Shown: in pieces, positions 37,390 to 46,791 of the stretch
Position numbering within the stretch: position 1 is the first letter of the stretch
Layout: every line of letters begins with the position of its first letter
DNA from: an uncultured Pseudomonadota bacterium
GTDB lineage: Bacteria; Pseudomonadota; Alphaproteobacteria; RF32; CAG-239
Reading direction: 5' to 3'
NCBI GenBank assembly: GCA_949286215.1
Contig: CASDYX010000004.1
Coordinates: 20,001 to 84,000 of the forward strand
Length of the DNA stretch: 64,000 nt
Position numbers and translations under genes: made by a program
The notes under the pieces: model-generated
Databases searched by the model: none
Told to the model about the DNA's origin: nothing
Seen by the model: only the letters and a program-made list of their open reading frames with translations

Positions 37390-38520
37390 GTGAATTCTAT
37401 GGCTCAAGAAGAAAAAAAACATTCCGAAGCTCTGACAAGAGCTATGAAAAAAGTTGGTGCTATTGAAATTCAATACGCAAAACTCGTTACTAAAATGTCA
37501 AACAAAACGCGCCTTAAAATGTATCGTAAAATCGCATCATTAATGTCTAACCGATTTTCATTGATGGATGCTCTTGATTTGCTTTATGATGGCGCCAGTA
37601 ATGGCGGTCGAAGCCCTAGTGAACCAATTGCTATTGCTATTGCGGCTTGGTCTAAGTCCTTGCAAAACGGTTTGACCTTTGCAGAAGCTTTGAAAGGTTG
37701 GGCTCCGGCCAGAGAAAGATTGATGCTTTCTACCGGTGACGTATCAAACCTGGAAAGTGCTTTACTCAACCTTATTAAAGTTACCGAAGGTACAACCAAG
37801 ATGGTTCGACCAATTGTCGGAGCTGTTGCTTATCCGTCATTTTTGATGTTTATGGCAGTTTTGATTTTGTATGGTATTGGCGCTTATATGGTACCGCCAA
37901 TGCAAGATGCGGCTCCTAATGTTCGTTGGCGTGGAAGTGCTAAAACCTTGGTCGATGTTTCTGATTGGATTAGAACTTATTGGCAAGTTGCATTTGCTTC
38001 TCTTCCGGCAACTATGCTAATTATTTATGCTACAATCGGTATTTGGACAGGTTTTATTCGCTCTTTCTTTGATAATTTGCCACCTTGGTCTTTGTATAAG
38101 GTATTTACAGGTATCAGTTGGTTGCTGGCTATGTCTGCTTTAGTTAAGAGCGGAACACCGGTTTCTACTTCTTTACAAGCTCTGAGACGTGACGCAAATC
38201 CTTACTTAAGAGAGAGAATCGACAAGACATTAACCTTTGTTAACAATGGTGATAACTTAGGTCAGGCCTTGGAAAAAACCGGTTTGGAGTTTCCTGACCG
38301 TGAAATTATCGCCGACCTGAAGGTCTACTCAGAACTTGATAACTTTGAAGAAGCAATGGATAAATTAGCAAATGAATGGCTGGAAGATTCCGTATATATG
38401 ATTGAACAAAAAGCCAGCGTCTTAAATATGATTGCATTACTTTCCGTTGGTGGTATTATTGCTTGGGCCGTTATGGGCGTATTTGATATGCAAGACCAAA
38501 TTACAAGTGCTATGGGATAA
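37390..38520 (+). CDS. pilR: GspF/PilC/TadB-like inner-membrane platform protein (R64 PilR type)
   Basis: It is 376 aa with three hydrophobic segments (VGAVAYPSFLMFMAVLILYGIGAYM, etc.) and a GspF-like cytoplasmic domain arrangement. Confidence 0.65.
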   Translation: MNSMAQEEKKHSEALTRAMKKVGAIEIQYAKLVTKMSNKTRLKMYRKIASLMSNRFSLMDALDLLYDGASNGGRSPSEPIAIAIAAWSKSLQNGLTFAEALKGWAPARERLMLSTGDVSNLESALLNLIKVTEGTTKMVRPIVGAVAYPSFLMFMAVLILYGIGAYMVPPMQDAAPNVRWRGSAKTLVDVSDWIRTYWQVAFASLPATMLIIYATIGIWTGFIRSFFDNLPPWSLYKVFTGISWLLAMSALVKSGTPVSTSLQALRRDANPYLRERIDKTLTFVNNGDNLGQALEKTGLEFPDREIIADLKVYSELDNFEEAMDKLANEWLEDSVYMIEQKASVLNMIALLSVGGIIAWAVMGVFDMQDQITSAMG

Positions 38521-38524
38521 AACT

Positions 38525-39124
38525 ATGGAAAAAATTAAGCAATATTTATCTATCTATAAGCAGAAAATTTTATCTAGTTCCGTTTTTGCAAAGTTGGGGC
38601 AAAAAATCATCATTGCCACAACCATTATTACTGCCGTTTTGGTCGGAATTTTAGCTTGGATTATCAGACCTAACCCTGAAATTAATCAGGCCGCAGTTCA
38701 ATTGGCTCAAACGGCTAATAATATTCGTTTATTCTATCAAACAAAACCAGGATATTGGGGGTTAAACACTGATAGCGTGATTAAAAATAATCTTTACGCT
38801 TCCGGTATGTTGAAAGATGTAAAACTTTATAATGCCTTCGGGAAACCTGTCATTATCGGTCAAGATACTGAGGGAAATATTGTAATGCCTGGAAGCAGAA
38901 ACTTTGTAATTACGTTTCCAGAGTTATCTAAAAAAGAATGCACGGCTATGGCTGCTTTTAAGCTCAATGAAAGAGAGAATCTTACACTTTTGCAAATGGT
39001 GATTTTGACAGACGGACAAAGATTTGATTTTACTTGGGGAGGAAAAAATCCTCTTCCCGTAACAAAAACCGAAGCTGCAAAATTTTGTGGGAGCAAAAAT
39101 ACTGTCGCTTGGAGCTTTGAATAA
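38525..39124 (+). CDS. pilS: Pilin-like protein at the PilS position, with an atypical N-terminus lacking Glu5
   Basis: The N-terminus is MEKIKQYLSIYKQKILSSSVFAKLG/QKIIIATTIITAVLVGILAWII. It has a Gly and an N-terminal hydrophobic helix, but no Glu at position +5. The track ORF starts earlier at 38432, overlapping pilR. Confidence 0.45.
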   Translation: MEKIKQYLSIYKQKILSSSVFAKLGQKIIIATTIITAVLVGILAWIIRPNPEINQAAVQLAQTANNIRLFYQTKPGYWGLNTDSVIKNNLYASGMLKDVKLYNAFGKPVIIGQDTEGNIVMPGSRNFVITFPELSKKECTAMAAFKLNERENLTLLQMVILTDGQRFDFTWGGKNPLPVTKTEAAKFCGSKNTVAWSFE

Positions 39125-39219
39125 ACTAAAATTTGTCATAAAAGATTAAACAAATATTATTCTTTTTTATGATAAACTGTCGGTTATAGTTTTAAGTTCC
39201 GTTGATTTACGAGGGCATA

Positions 39220-40182
39220 ATGGTTAAACTCAGTGAAGTTTTATTTTCAGATATTTATATTACTCCAGAAAAAGTAGCTTATATTCCGGATAACGTAACA
39301 CCTAACGGATTGGAAGTTTTAAAAGCTGACGATTTTGAAGATTTCTTTGAATTACTTGAACAATCTTGGGATGGTTCAAACCCTAGTTATTCCGTTGTAT
39401 TTGACAATGTTTTTTACCGCGTTGAGAGAACGGTTTCTATTTATGGAATTCAATATTGTGCACGTAAAATGCCAAAACAAGTTCCTCCGTTTAGCAGTTT
39501 AGGTTATCCTATTGAGCTTTCAAAATATTTACTTTCTCTCAGTAATGCTTCCGGCTTAATTCTTTGTGGCGGACCGACTGGTGCCGGTAAAACAACTACG
39601 ATTTCCAGTTTATTAAAAGAATTTTTGACAATGGAAGGCGGCTTCGCTTACACAATCGAAGATCCGACCGAAATGCCGTTAGACGGTGTTTATCACTCTG
39701 TAGCCGGAGGTTTGGGATTGTGTAAACAAACTCTGCCTCCTAACGGAATGTGGGGCGAGGGTTTGAAATCTGCTTTGCGTTCTAAACCTCGTTTTATTTT
39801 GGTTGGTGAGATTCGTACACCCGATACGGCAAGTGAAGTTTTGCGCGCAGCAACGTCCGGACACTTGGTATTGTCAACTATTCACGCTAATAATATTACT
39901 GATGCGATTAACTCCGTTGTTAAGTATGCATCATCTACATCCATGAGTGAAGAATTGGCTTACGACCTGTTCTCCCGTGGTATGCTTGGCGTTTTACACC
40001 AAACACTTATTGGTGTTAAAGATAAAAAACCGCTGGTCAGCTATTTGTTTGCTAACCCAGATTCGACTAAAGGCGACCAAGTTCGTGGTATTATTAAGGG
40101 TGGAAAACTTAACTTAGGAACATCTATTGAAACGCAAATGACGCGTATGAGCCGAGGAAAGAATATTTTCCCTGACTTATAA
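39220..40182 (+). CDS. pilT: PilT/PilU-family (retraction-type) ATPase
   Basis: The Walker A motif is LCGGPTGAGKTTT. The motifs FILVGEIRTPDTA and SGHLVLSTIHANN are present. GAGGG is 6 nt upstream of the ATG at 39220; the track start at 39202 is the alternative. Confidence 0.75.
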   Translation: MVKLSEVLFSDIYITPEKVAYIPDNVTPNGLEVLKADDFEDFFELLEQSWDGSNPSYSVVFDNVFYRVERTVSIYGIQYCARKMPKQVPPFSSLGYPIELSKYLLSLSNASGLILCGGPTGAGKTTTISSLLKEFLTMEGGFAYTIEDPTEMPLDGVYHSVAGGLGLCKQTLPPNGMWGEGLKSALRSKPRFILVGEIRTPDTASEVLRAATSGHLVLSTIHANNITDAINSVVKYASSTSMSEELAYDLFSRGMLGVLHQTLIGVKDKKPLVSYLFANPDSTKGDQVRGIIKGGKLNLGTSIETQMTRMSRGKNIFPDL

Positions 40183-40230
40183 TAGATAGACCTGAGCAAA
40201 ATCGGGGTTTTCTGTAAGACTTTAAGCAAC

Positions 40231-40260
40231 AAAAAAGCTCCTTAACGGAGCTTTTCTTTT
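40231..40260. terminator. Bidirectional intrinsic terminator between the convergent pilT-like and gpt genes
   Basis: The stem aaaagctcc / ggagctttt is a perfect 9 bp with loop ttaac. It is flanked by an A-run and a T-run. Confidence 0.6.
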
Positions 40261-40690
40261 ACAAATCCCAAGGAAAGACTATCCATTTATCAGGCATTTC
40301 TTCAACATAAAAATCAACCAATACTTTTCCTTTTGACTTTGCATAAACAGCGGCAAAATGAGCTTTAGGAAATTCTTGTCTCAAGAGACGAAAGGTATTG
40401 CCCGTGTCGGATAAATCATCAATCACAAGGGTATGCTTATCTACCTCTCCTACAAAACTTTTGATGTCTATATCGTTTTGAGAACGCTGTTTGTCGCCAT
40501 CATAAGAACTCATATTAACGACTTCAACATTGCGAATATCCAATTCATAAGCCAAGATTCCGGCCGGCAACAAGCCTCCTCGGCTGACGGCAACGATTTT
40601 ATTCCATTGGCCGGCATCTTTTAGCTTTGTCGCTAGTTGCTTGGCGTGTTTATGAAATTCTTCCCAGCTGATATATAATTTTTCAGTCAT
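40259..40690 (-). CDS. gpt: Xanthine-guanine phosphoribosyltransferase
   Basis: It is 143 aa. The sequence ...IVAVSRGGLLPAGILAYEL...LVIDDLSDTGNT...KAHFAAVYAK...VFPWD matches Gpt. Confidence 0.85.
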   Translation of the reverse strand: MTEKLYISWEEFHKHAKQLATKLKDAGQWNKIVAVSRGGLLPAGILAYELDIRNVEVVNMSSYDGDKQRSQNDIDIKSFVGEVDKHTLVIDDLSDTGNTFRLLRQEFPKAHFAAVYAKSKGKVLVDFYVEEMPDKWIVFPWDL

Positions 40691-41230
40691 TTAATCTTCT
40701 TTCTTGTTTTGTTGTGCTTTTATTTTATAAATATATTCAATCACATCATCATCATCCCAATCGGCAGCGCCACGAATACGTCCAATTTCTTTGCCTTTAT
40801 TGATTAGGACGGTATTGGGTGAAGTGAAAATTCCTAAATCTGCTGATAAATCGCCTTTTTTATCAACGTAAAAATCTAAGTCCTGAGCATGAAATCGTGC
40901 CAAAAATTTTTGTTGTTCTTCTATTCCCGTCCACTCGCTGGCTGGCGAAATAATTACAACTTTTATTCCATTTTCACTGACTTTTTTGCTGAATTCATTC
41001 AAATCATCTAATTCGCGAATGCATGGGGTACAATGTCTGGACCAAAAATTGGCAATTACAAATTGCTCCGGAAAGTCTGATAACTTATAGGCTTCACCAT
41101 CTTCAGTATAACGATACATTTCTCTATCCGGCAAAGCTCTTGGCTCAGGGTAGATGTTTACCGGTTCGGGATTGCCCCAACCACCCAGAACAAAAACAGA
41201 AAAAAATATGTAGAGTAACTTTTTTGCCAT
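40691..41230 (-). CDS. TlpA/ResA-like periplasmic thiol-disulfide oxidoreductase (thioredoxin fold)
   Basis: It has an N-terminal signal/anchor and the CxxC motif WSRHCTPC. Confidence 0.75.
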   Translation of the reverse strand: MAKKLLYIFFSVFVLGGWGNPEPVNIYPEPRALPDREMYRYTEDGEAYKLSDFPEQFVIANFWSRHCTPCIRELDDLNEFSKKVSENGIKVVIISPASEWTGIEEQQKFLARFHAQDLDFYVDKKGDLSADLGIFTSPNTVLINKGKEIGRIRGAADWDDDDVIEYIYKIKAQQNKKED

Positions 41231-41326
41231 CTGCCTATTAATAACTGAGTTTTAGTTTTTGTATTTCGCTTTGTTTGAGAGTATATATTTATATAATTTC
41301 CTATTTGACAACAAAAAGGTTAAAAA

Positions 41327-41461
41327 ATGAAAAATTTTTGCAAATTAATCTCAATTTTACTGTTGGCCTTTTTTGTATTACAGCTGAGCGGTTGCGGTAA
41401 AGTATCTAACCCTGAACCTATTGAAGGTAGCGGATATCCGCATAAATATCCCCGCTTTTAA
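41327..41461 (+). CDS. 44-aa lipoprotein sORF, below the ORF-track size cutoff
   Basis: The sequence is MKNFCKLISILLLAFFVLQLSGCGKVSNPEPIEGSGYPHKYPRF with lipobox LSGC. AAGG lies 9 nt upstream. It sits immediately upstream of the vWA gene. Confidence 0.4.
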   Translation: MKNFCKLISILLLAFFVLQLSGCGKVSNPEPIEGSGYPHKYPRF

Positions 41462-41475
41462 AAAGGAGTTGAATT

Positions 41476-42165
41476 ATGGCTGATGATAATCAATTTGTTG
41501 ATGAGATAATTCCTTACGTAGAATTTGCAGATAATGCAAATGAACGTACACCTTGTGTTTTGGTTTTGGACTGCTCCGGGTCTATGCGCGGCGAGCCGAT
41601 TAAGCAACTGAATGCCGGCCTCAAAGCGCTGGAAAAAGAGTTAAAAGAAGATATAGATGCCAGCTCACGCGTGCAACTCCTGATTATTAAGGCTTTCGGA
41701 AAAGATGAAGCCGTTATCTCTTCTGATTGGATTGACGCTATGAATTTTACTGCCCCCACTATGGAGGCCGGCGGTTTAACGCCTCTTGGTAAAGCAATGG
41801 AACTCGCTTTGCAAAAAATTGAAGAGCAAAAATGCCTCTATGACAGTTGCGGTATTACCTCTAAAAGACCATGGATTTTCCTTATCAGTGATGGAGAACC
41901 GACCGACTATGATTGGGAAATTGTGGCTGAGAAATGCCGCTATGCTCAACAAAACAAAAAAGTGGTGATTCATGCCGTCGGTACTCAAGGGGCTAATTTG
42001 GATAAGTTGGCAAAATTTTCTTTAATGGCTCCTAAGCGCTTAACCGGTTTGAAGTTTACAGAATTTTTCTTATGGCTTAGCCGTAGCGTTTCTTGTATCT
42101 CTAAAGCAGCGCCTAATGTCCCCGATTTGTTGGAAGATACCGGAGATTGGGATGAAGACAAATAA
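41476..42165 (+). CDS. vWA-domain protein (TerY-like) of the TerY-P triad
   Basis: The MIDAS motif is DCSGSM...SDG. It is 229 aa. Confidence 0.7.
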   Translation: MADDNQFVDEIIPYVEFADNANERTPCVLVLDCSGSMRGEPIKQLNAGLKALEKELKEDIDASSRVQLLIIKAFGKDEAVISSDWIDAMNFTAPTMEAGGLTPLGKAMELALQKIEEQKCLYDSCGITSKRPWIFLISDGEPTDYDWEIVAEKCRYAQQNKKVVIHAVGTQGANLDKLAKFSLMAPKRLTGLKFTEFFLWLSRSVSCISKAAPNVPDLLEDTGDWDEDK

Positions 42166-42895
42166 TATCCGTGTTTTGGCCACAAGTTTGGTCGGACCGA
42201 TGCACACTGCCAAAAATATGCCTTGTCAAGACTACTGCAAATATAGTCTTGAAGGGAAAAATTTTGTGGCGGTTGTGTCAGATGGTGCCGGCTCTTCAAA
42301 ATACGGAAAAATCGGCGCAAAAGTCATTTGCAATACCCTAACAGACCTGCTCCCTAATGCTGATTTCAGCAATGCGAAAGAAGCCGTCATTAAAGCAATT
42401 ATGATTGCAAGAAATAAACTGCTCAGGCATCGACTTAACAAAACAAAAGATGAAGCCGGACTTGTGGATTTTGCAGCAACATTAGTGGGCGTTATTTATT
42501 GCAGAAACAAAGGCTTATTCTTTCATATCGGCGATGGTGCGGCTTTGGCTTTTCATCAGGATAATTTTGAGCATTTTACGGCTTCTCGTCCCGAAAACGG
42601 CCATTTTTCTTGCGAAACTTATTTCTATACCATGGATGACTGGAAAGATAGCTTGCGTTTTACCAGTTTTGACAAGGCACATACCTTGTTTTTGATGAGT
42701 GACGGACTTACTAATTTCTCGTTTTCTAAAGATTACAGCCATATTGAGAAAAATTTTATTGTGCCGATTGATAATTTTTTGACCAATGCCACCAATAAAA
42801 GAAAAGCTAAAAAAGCCTTGGAAAATACACTCAATAACGCCAAAGCGCGCAAGCTCAATTCCGATGACAAAACTTTGCTGTGGGTGAAACTCTGA
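42152..42895 (+). CDS. PP2C-family Ser/Thr phosphatase
   Basis: The motifs VVSDGAGSS and LMSDGL are present. Its ATG overlaps the vWA gene end. Confidence 0.7.
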   Translation: MKTNNIRVLATSLVGPMHTAKNMPCQDYCKYSLEGKNFVAVVSDGAGSSKYGKIGAKVICNTLTDLLPNADFSNAKEAVIKAIMIARNKLLRHRLNKTKDEAGLVDFAATLVGVIYCRNKGLFFHIGDGAALAFHQDNFEHFTASRPENGHFSCETYFYTMDDWKDSLRFTSFDKAHTLFLMSDGLTNFSFSKDYSHIEKNFIVPIDNFLTNATNKRKAKKALENTLNNAKARKLNSDDKTLLWVKL

Positions 42896-44361
42896 TGGAT
42901 AGCGATAGTTCTTTGGTTTATAACGCCATTTATGGTGACGGGCATTTTGAAAAAGTGCAGCTTGGAGAGCTCATCAACAAAGGTGGCGCTGCCGGAAAAA
43001 TTTATTTAGATGCCTCTCACCCCGGAAGCGTGGCTAAAATTTTTCATAACCGCAACAAAAGCTCTACCAACCGCAAAAAATTGGAGGCTATGCTCCTAAA
43101 TCGTCCGAATTTTCCTAGAATCACAAGGGACGAAAATGGCGTGGAACGGGTTCAAATTGCTTGGCCGGATGCCATTTTGGAAGACGAAAACGGTTTTTGC
43201 GTCGGTTATCTTATGCCGATGATTAACATGAGCGAGGCGGTATCTCTCGACCACCTTATGCAAAAGGCAATTCGTGCTAAATTAGGTTTGCCCGAAAAAT
43301 ATGCTTACCGCGTGTTTGCCGCATATAACGTCGCGGCAATGGTGGCGGCAATGCACAAATGCGGGCACTATATTGTAGATTTGAAACCCTCAAACGTTTC
43401 GGTTTATAAAGACACTATGACCGTGGCAATGGTGGATTGCGACGGATTTTCCATTAGAGGCGAAAACAACAACCGATATCCGGCTGAATTTGTCAGTGAA
43501 GAATATATTTACCCTGAAGGTATGGATTTAGGTTGCGAAGAGATGGGCGAAGAGCAAGATAAATTTGCTTTGGCGGTTATTATTTTCAAATTACTCAATA
43601 ACGGCATTCACCCTTTCTCGGGTATTCCTCGCAAAAATGATGAGCAAATGCTCACTATTCAAAACCGAATCGAGGAATATCACTATGCTTATGGTTTATG
43701 GCCAGATACATATCAAGCCCCTCACCCTTATTCCATTCACGAATATTTCGATAAAAAGACGTTGGAATTGTTTGAGAGAGCCTTTGTTAAAGATGAAGAA
43801 AGACCAACCGCTAAAGAGTGGCAAGAGCATTTATGGGGATTGATGCACAATCTCAAGCCTTGCAAAAAGAACCCAAACCACTTCTATTTTACGGCAAAAG
43901 GATGTGGCTTGTGTGTGGCTGAAGAAAAATTCAAAGGGACACTCAACAACGTCAAAAAACAAGCTCAAACGCCGCAAATGGTTCGAGGAATGGAAATCTC
44001 CACTCTGTCGGTTGAACATTTGCAAAAAGACAAAGCCGAAAAGATGCAGCTTAACCACAAGCTCAATCGCATTGCCGCCGGCGGAATTGTGGTTTATTTG
44101 CTCTTTTTTGCACTTTTGTACCCGATGTTAGAACCTATTGAAAAAAATATTCAGGCGATGGGGCTTGGTATTCAAGCAATTGTTACTACATTTCTTATGC
44201 TGGGAATTAACAGCGCATTGCATCTCTTGGAACCAAAATTTCCATTATTGCAAAACAAAGCGCTTACGCAAATGTTGCAAGTTTATGCTTTTATTTGCAT
44301 TTTGATTGTATTGGTCTCTTTGAATAATTTGCCTGAAGGAATTTTCAGCTTGGCTTTGTAG
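42895..44361 (+). CDS. Ser/Thr protein kinase-like protein with a C-terminal 3-TM anchor
   Basis: The catalytic-loop motif is YIVDLKPSNVSV. The start overlaps the phosphatase stop as ATGA. C-terminal hydrophobic helices include IAAGGIVVYLLFFALLYP and others. Confidence 0.65.
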   Translation: MDSDSSLVYNAIYGDGHFEKVQLGELINKGGAAGKIYLDASHPGSVAKIFHNRNKSSTNRKKLEAMLLNRPNFPRITRDENGVERVQIAWPDAILEDENGFCVGYLMPMINMSEAVSLDHLMQKAIRAKLGLPEKYAYRVFAAYNVAAMVAAMHKCGHYIVDLKPSNVSVYKDTMTVAMVDCDGFSIRGENNNRYPAEFVSEEYIYPEGMDLGCEEMGEEQDKFALAVIIFKLLNNGIHPFSGIPRKNDEQMLTIQNRIEEYHYAYGLWPDTYQAPHPYSIHEYFDKKTLELFERAFVKDEERPTAKEWQEHLWGLMHNLKPCKKNPNHFYFTAKGCGLCVAEEKFKGTLNNVKKQAQTPQMVRGMEISTLSVEHLQKDKAEKMQLNHKLNRIAAGGIVVYLLFFALLYPMLEPIEKNIQAMGLGIQAIVTTFLMLGINSALHLLEPKFPLLQNKALTQMLQVYAFICILIVLVSLNNLPEGIFSLAL

Positions 44362-44382
44362 GAGAAAATTTTTCTCACAGAG

Positions 44383-45855
44383 ATGAATTGTTTTGATATT
44401 TTTCTCCACAAAATAAAATTTTTGTGTTATAGAAATACAAAAGTGAATTTTTTAAGGAATAAAAGGTTGTTTAAGTTAAATCCCATTATGATTTCTGGAA
44501 AAGAGGTTTTCCCTCTGATTGAGGGCGGAAAAGGTATTAATGCCAGTGATGGTCGCAGTTGCGGAGCTTGGGCTCATGAAAACTGTGTCGGTACTTTCTC
44601 CGGCGTTAGTCCTGATTTTTATGATGAAAACGGAAATGTCGTTATTGAACGAATTTTTCAGAAAAAACGTGCTGACAGACATGCGCAAATGATTGAATAC
44701 GCAATTAAAGGCGGTGTTGCTCAAGCACAGATTGCTCACGAAATCTCCGGCGGGAATGGTCGAATTCATATGAATATGCTTTGGGAAATGGCTGATTCTG
44801 AGCAGATTTTGACCGGTGTATTGGAAAGAGCTAAAGGCTTGATTCATGGTGTTACCTGCGGTGCCGGTTTGCCTTATCATTTGGGAGAATTGGCATCTAA
44901 ATTCGGGGTTTACTATTATCCGATTGTTTCTTCAGCAAGAGCTTTCCAAGTTTTGTGGAAACGTGCTTATTCCAACTTTAAGGAATTTTTGGGCGGCGTG
45001 GTTTATGAAGACCCTTGGCTTGCCGGTGGTCACAATGGTTTATCAAATGCCGAAGACCCCACCAAACCTCAAAGACCTTATGAACGTTTGGTTGAACTCA
45101 GAAAAACCTTACGCAACCTTGGTTTGGAAGATACACCGATTATTTTGGCCGGTGGTGTTTGGTCGCTAAAAGAATGGGAAGATTATATTGATAATCCAGA
45201 TATTGGTAAAATCGCCTTCCAATTCGGCACTCGCCCGATGATTACCAAAGAAAGTCCGGTTAGCGATGCTTGGAAGAAATTGATGTTGCAACTGAAAAAA
45301 GGCGACGTTATTTTGCAAAAATTCAGCCCGACGGGTTTCTTCTCTTCGGCAATCAAAAATACATTTTTGGAAAATTTAATTCGCCGCAAAGAAGGTGAAA
45401 TCTCTTTCAAGACAGAGGCTGACAACGAGTTTTCTCATCCTTTGGAAATGAGCAGCATTAAAACTGTTTATATTAGACCAGAAGATGTTAACAAGGCTGA
45501 AAGACAAATTAGTGCCGGTTATACCGAAATTAAAGAAACTCCGGACAGCACGGTGGTCTTTTTAACGCCTCAAGAGTGGAAACAAATGCAACAAGACAGA
45601 GCCGAATGTGTTGGTTGTTTGTCTCAATGCCAATTCTCTACTTGGTCAAGAGCAAACGGTACAACCGGAAAAATTCCTGACCCAAGATCTTATTGCATTC
45701 ATAAGACTTTGTATGATGTCGGACATAATGGCAGCATCAAAGATAATCTTTTGTTTGCCGGACATCAGGTTTATCGTTTTGCTACCGACCCGTTATATAG
45801 AGACGGAATTCCCTCGGTTAAGGAATTGATTGATAAAATTAAATCCGGTGACTAG
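44383..45855 (+). CDS. TIM-barrel flavin oxidoreductase of the nitronate monooxygenase / FabK-like family
   Basis: It contains PLIEGGKGINASDG...GVTCGAGLPY...IILAGGVWS. The alternative start is at 44488 (MISGKEV). Confidence 0.4.
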   Translation: MNCFDIFLHKIKFLCYRNTKVNFLRNKRLFKLNPIMISGKEVFPLIEGGKGINASDGRSCGAWAHENCVGTFSGVSPDFYDENGNVVIERIFQKKRADRHAQMIEYAIKGGVAQAQIAHEISGGNGRIHMNMLWEMADSEQILTGVLERAKGLIHGVTCGAGLPYHLGELASKFGVYYYPIVSSARAFQVLWKRAYSNFKEFLGGVVYEDPWLAGGHNGLSNAEDPTKPQRPYERLVELRKTLRNLGLEDTPIILAGGVWSLKEWEDYIDNPDIGKIAFQFGTRPMITKESPVSDAWKKLMLQLKKGDVILQKFSPTGFFSSAIKNTFLENLIRRKEGEISFKTEADNEFSHPLEMSSIKTVYIRPEDVNKAERQISAGYTEIKETPDSTVVFLTPQEWKQMQQDRAECVGCLSQCQFSTWSRANGTTGKIPDPRSYCIHKTLYDVGHNGSIKDNLLFAGHQVYRFATDPLYRDGIPSVKELIDKIKSGD

Positions 45856-45863
45856 AAAAAAAT

Positions 45864-45896
45864 AAAACCCCGCTTGTTGGCGGGGTTTGTTTTTTG
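45864..45896. terminator. Bidirectional intrinsic terminator
   Basis: The stem aaaccccgc / gcggggttt has loop ttgttg and is followed by gtttttt. It lies between convergent genes. Confidence 0.65.
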
Positions 45897-45904
45897 AGTT
45901 TATT

Positions 45905-46288
45905 TTATGCTTGAGGCGCTAATTGAGGTGGAATAATCTCAATCCAATAACCATCAGGATCTTCTATAAAATAAATTCCCATAGCCTCGTTCACAAAACA
46001 AATACAGCCCATGGCTTCATGTTTGGCTTTGGCGGCGGCAAAATCAGGTGCCACAAGAGCCAAGTGGAACTCACATTCTCCCAAATCATACTTTTGAGGG
46101 TGAGAGGGCAAATAAGTCAGCTCCAGTTCAAAGTTGCTTTGACCATCAGTTAAATAAACTATTGTGTAGCTGTTATCTTCGGCTTGAATGCGACGTTTTT
46201 CTTTAAGACCAAGAGCCTTATCATAAAAGCTTAAACTCTTTTGCAAGTCTGAGACATTAAAATTAAAATGTGTAAATTGAAAAGCCAT
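45905..46288 (-). CDS. VOC/glyoxalase-family protein
   Basis: It is 127 aa with a glyoxalase-like fold pattern (...HFNFNVSDLQKSLSFYDKALGL...HLALVAPDF...). Confidence 0.6.
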   Translation of the reverse strand: MAFQFTHFNFNVSDLQKSLSFYDKALGLKEKRRIQAEDNSYTIVYLTDGQSNFELELTYLPSHPQKYDLGECEFHLALVAPDFAAAKAKHEAMGCICFVNEAMGIYFIEDPDGYWIEIIPPQLAPQA

Positions 46289-46351
46289 ACTTTCCTCCTT
46301 GTCGGCTCTTATAATAAATAAAAAATATTTATATGCAAGCTAACAGAATTT

Positions 46352-46428
46352 GAGTCCTCTCGTGAATAAGAAGAGGAGCTCTTGGAAAAGCTATGGCGTG
46401 CCTAAGAGGACTTCGCTGAGTTCGATTT
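46352..46428. repeat. Partial copy of the tRNA-Arg 3' end plus 48 nt of flank; direct repeat of 46539..46607
   Basis: The 48-nt stretch gagtcctctcgt[g/a]aataagaagaggagctcttggaaaagctatggcgt is identical in the two copies except for one base. It is followed by a degenerate copy of the tRNA 3' end (gcctaagaggacttcg versus ccccgagaggactcgaacc). Confidence 0.6.
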
Positions 46429-46580
46429 ATAACAATTGCTTGGTATGCCTCACAGCATAGTCGCAATTTAACAAATCTTCACCTGTCGTTAAAATTGCTC
46501 ATTACTTTGAGCAATTTTTGCCTCCAGCCTCCCGGTTCGAGTCCTCTCGTAAATAAGAAGAGGAGCTCTTGGAAAAGCTA

Positions 46581-46657
<77 letters not shown>

Positions 46658-46791
46658 GTTGCCTTGTTTTATAGCCTGAAATAACGCAGACTGCAAGGAT
46701 TATATTTATACAAAACATTTGACAAAAATATACTTGTCTATGTGGCAAAAATATGGTATAAAGAAAGCCTAATCATTATAATTTAAAAATT

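Noticed and set aside
28554-40182. The plus-strand pilus locus as a Tad/Flp system
   Set aside because: The secretin is a lipoprotein paired with a TcpQ-domain lipoprotein, and a PilT-like ATPase is present. There is no TadZ, Flp-type prepilin or TadV. The gene order matches R64/PAPI-1 pil clusters instead.
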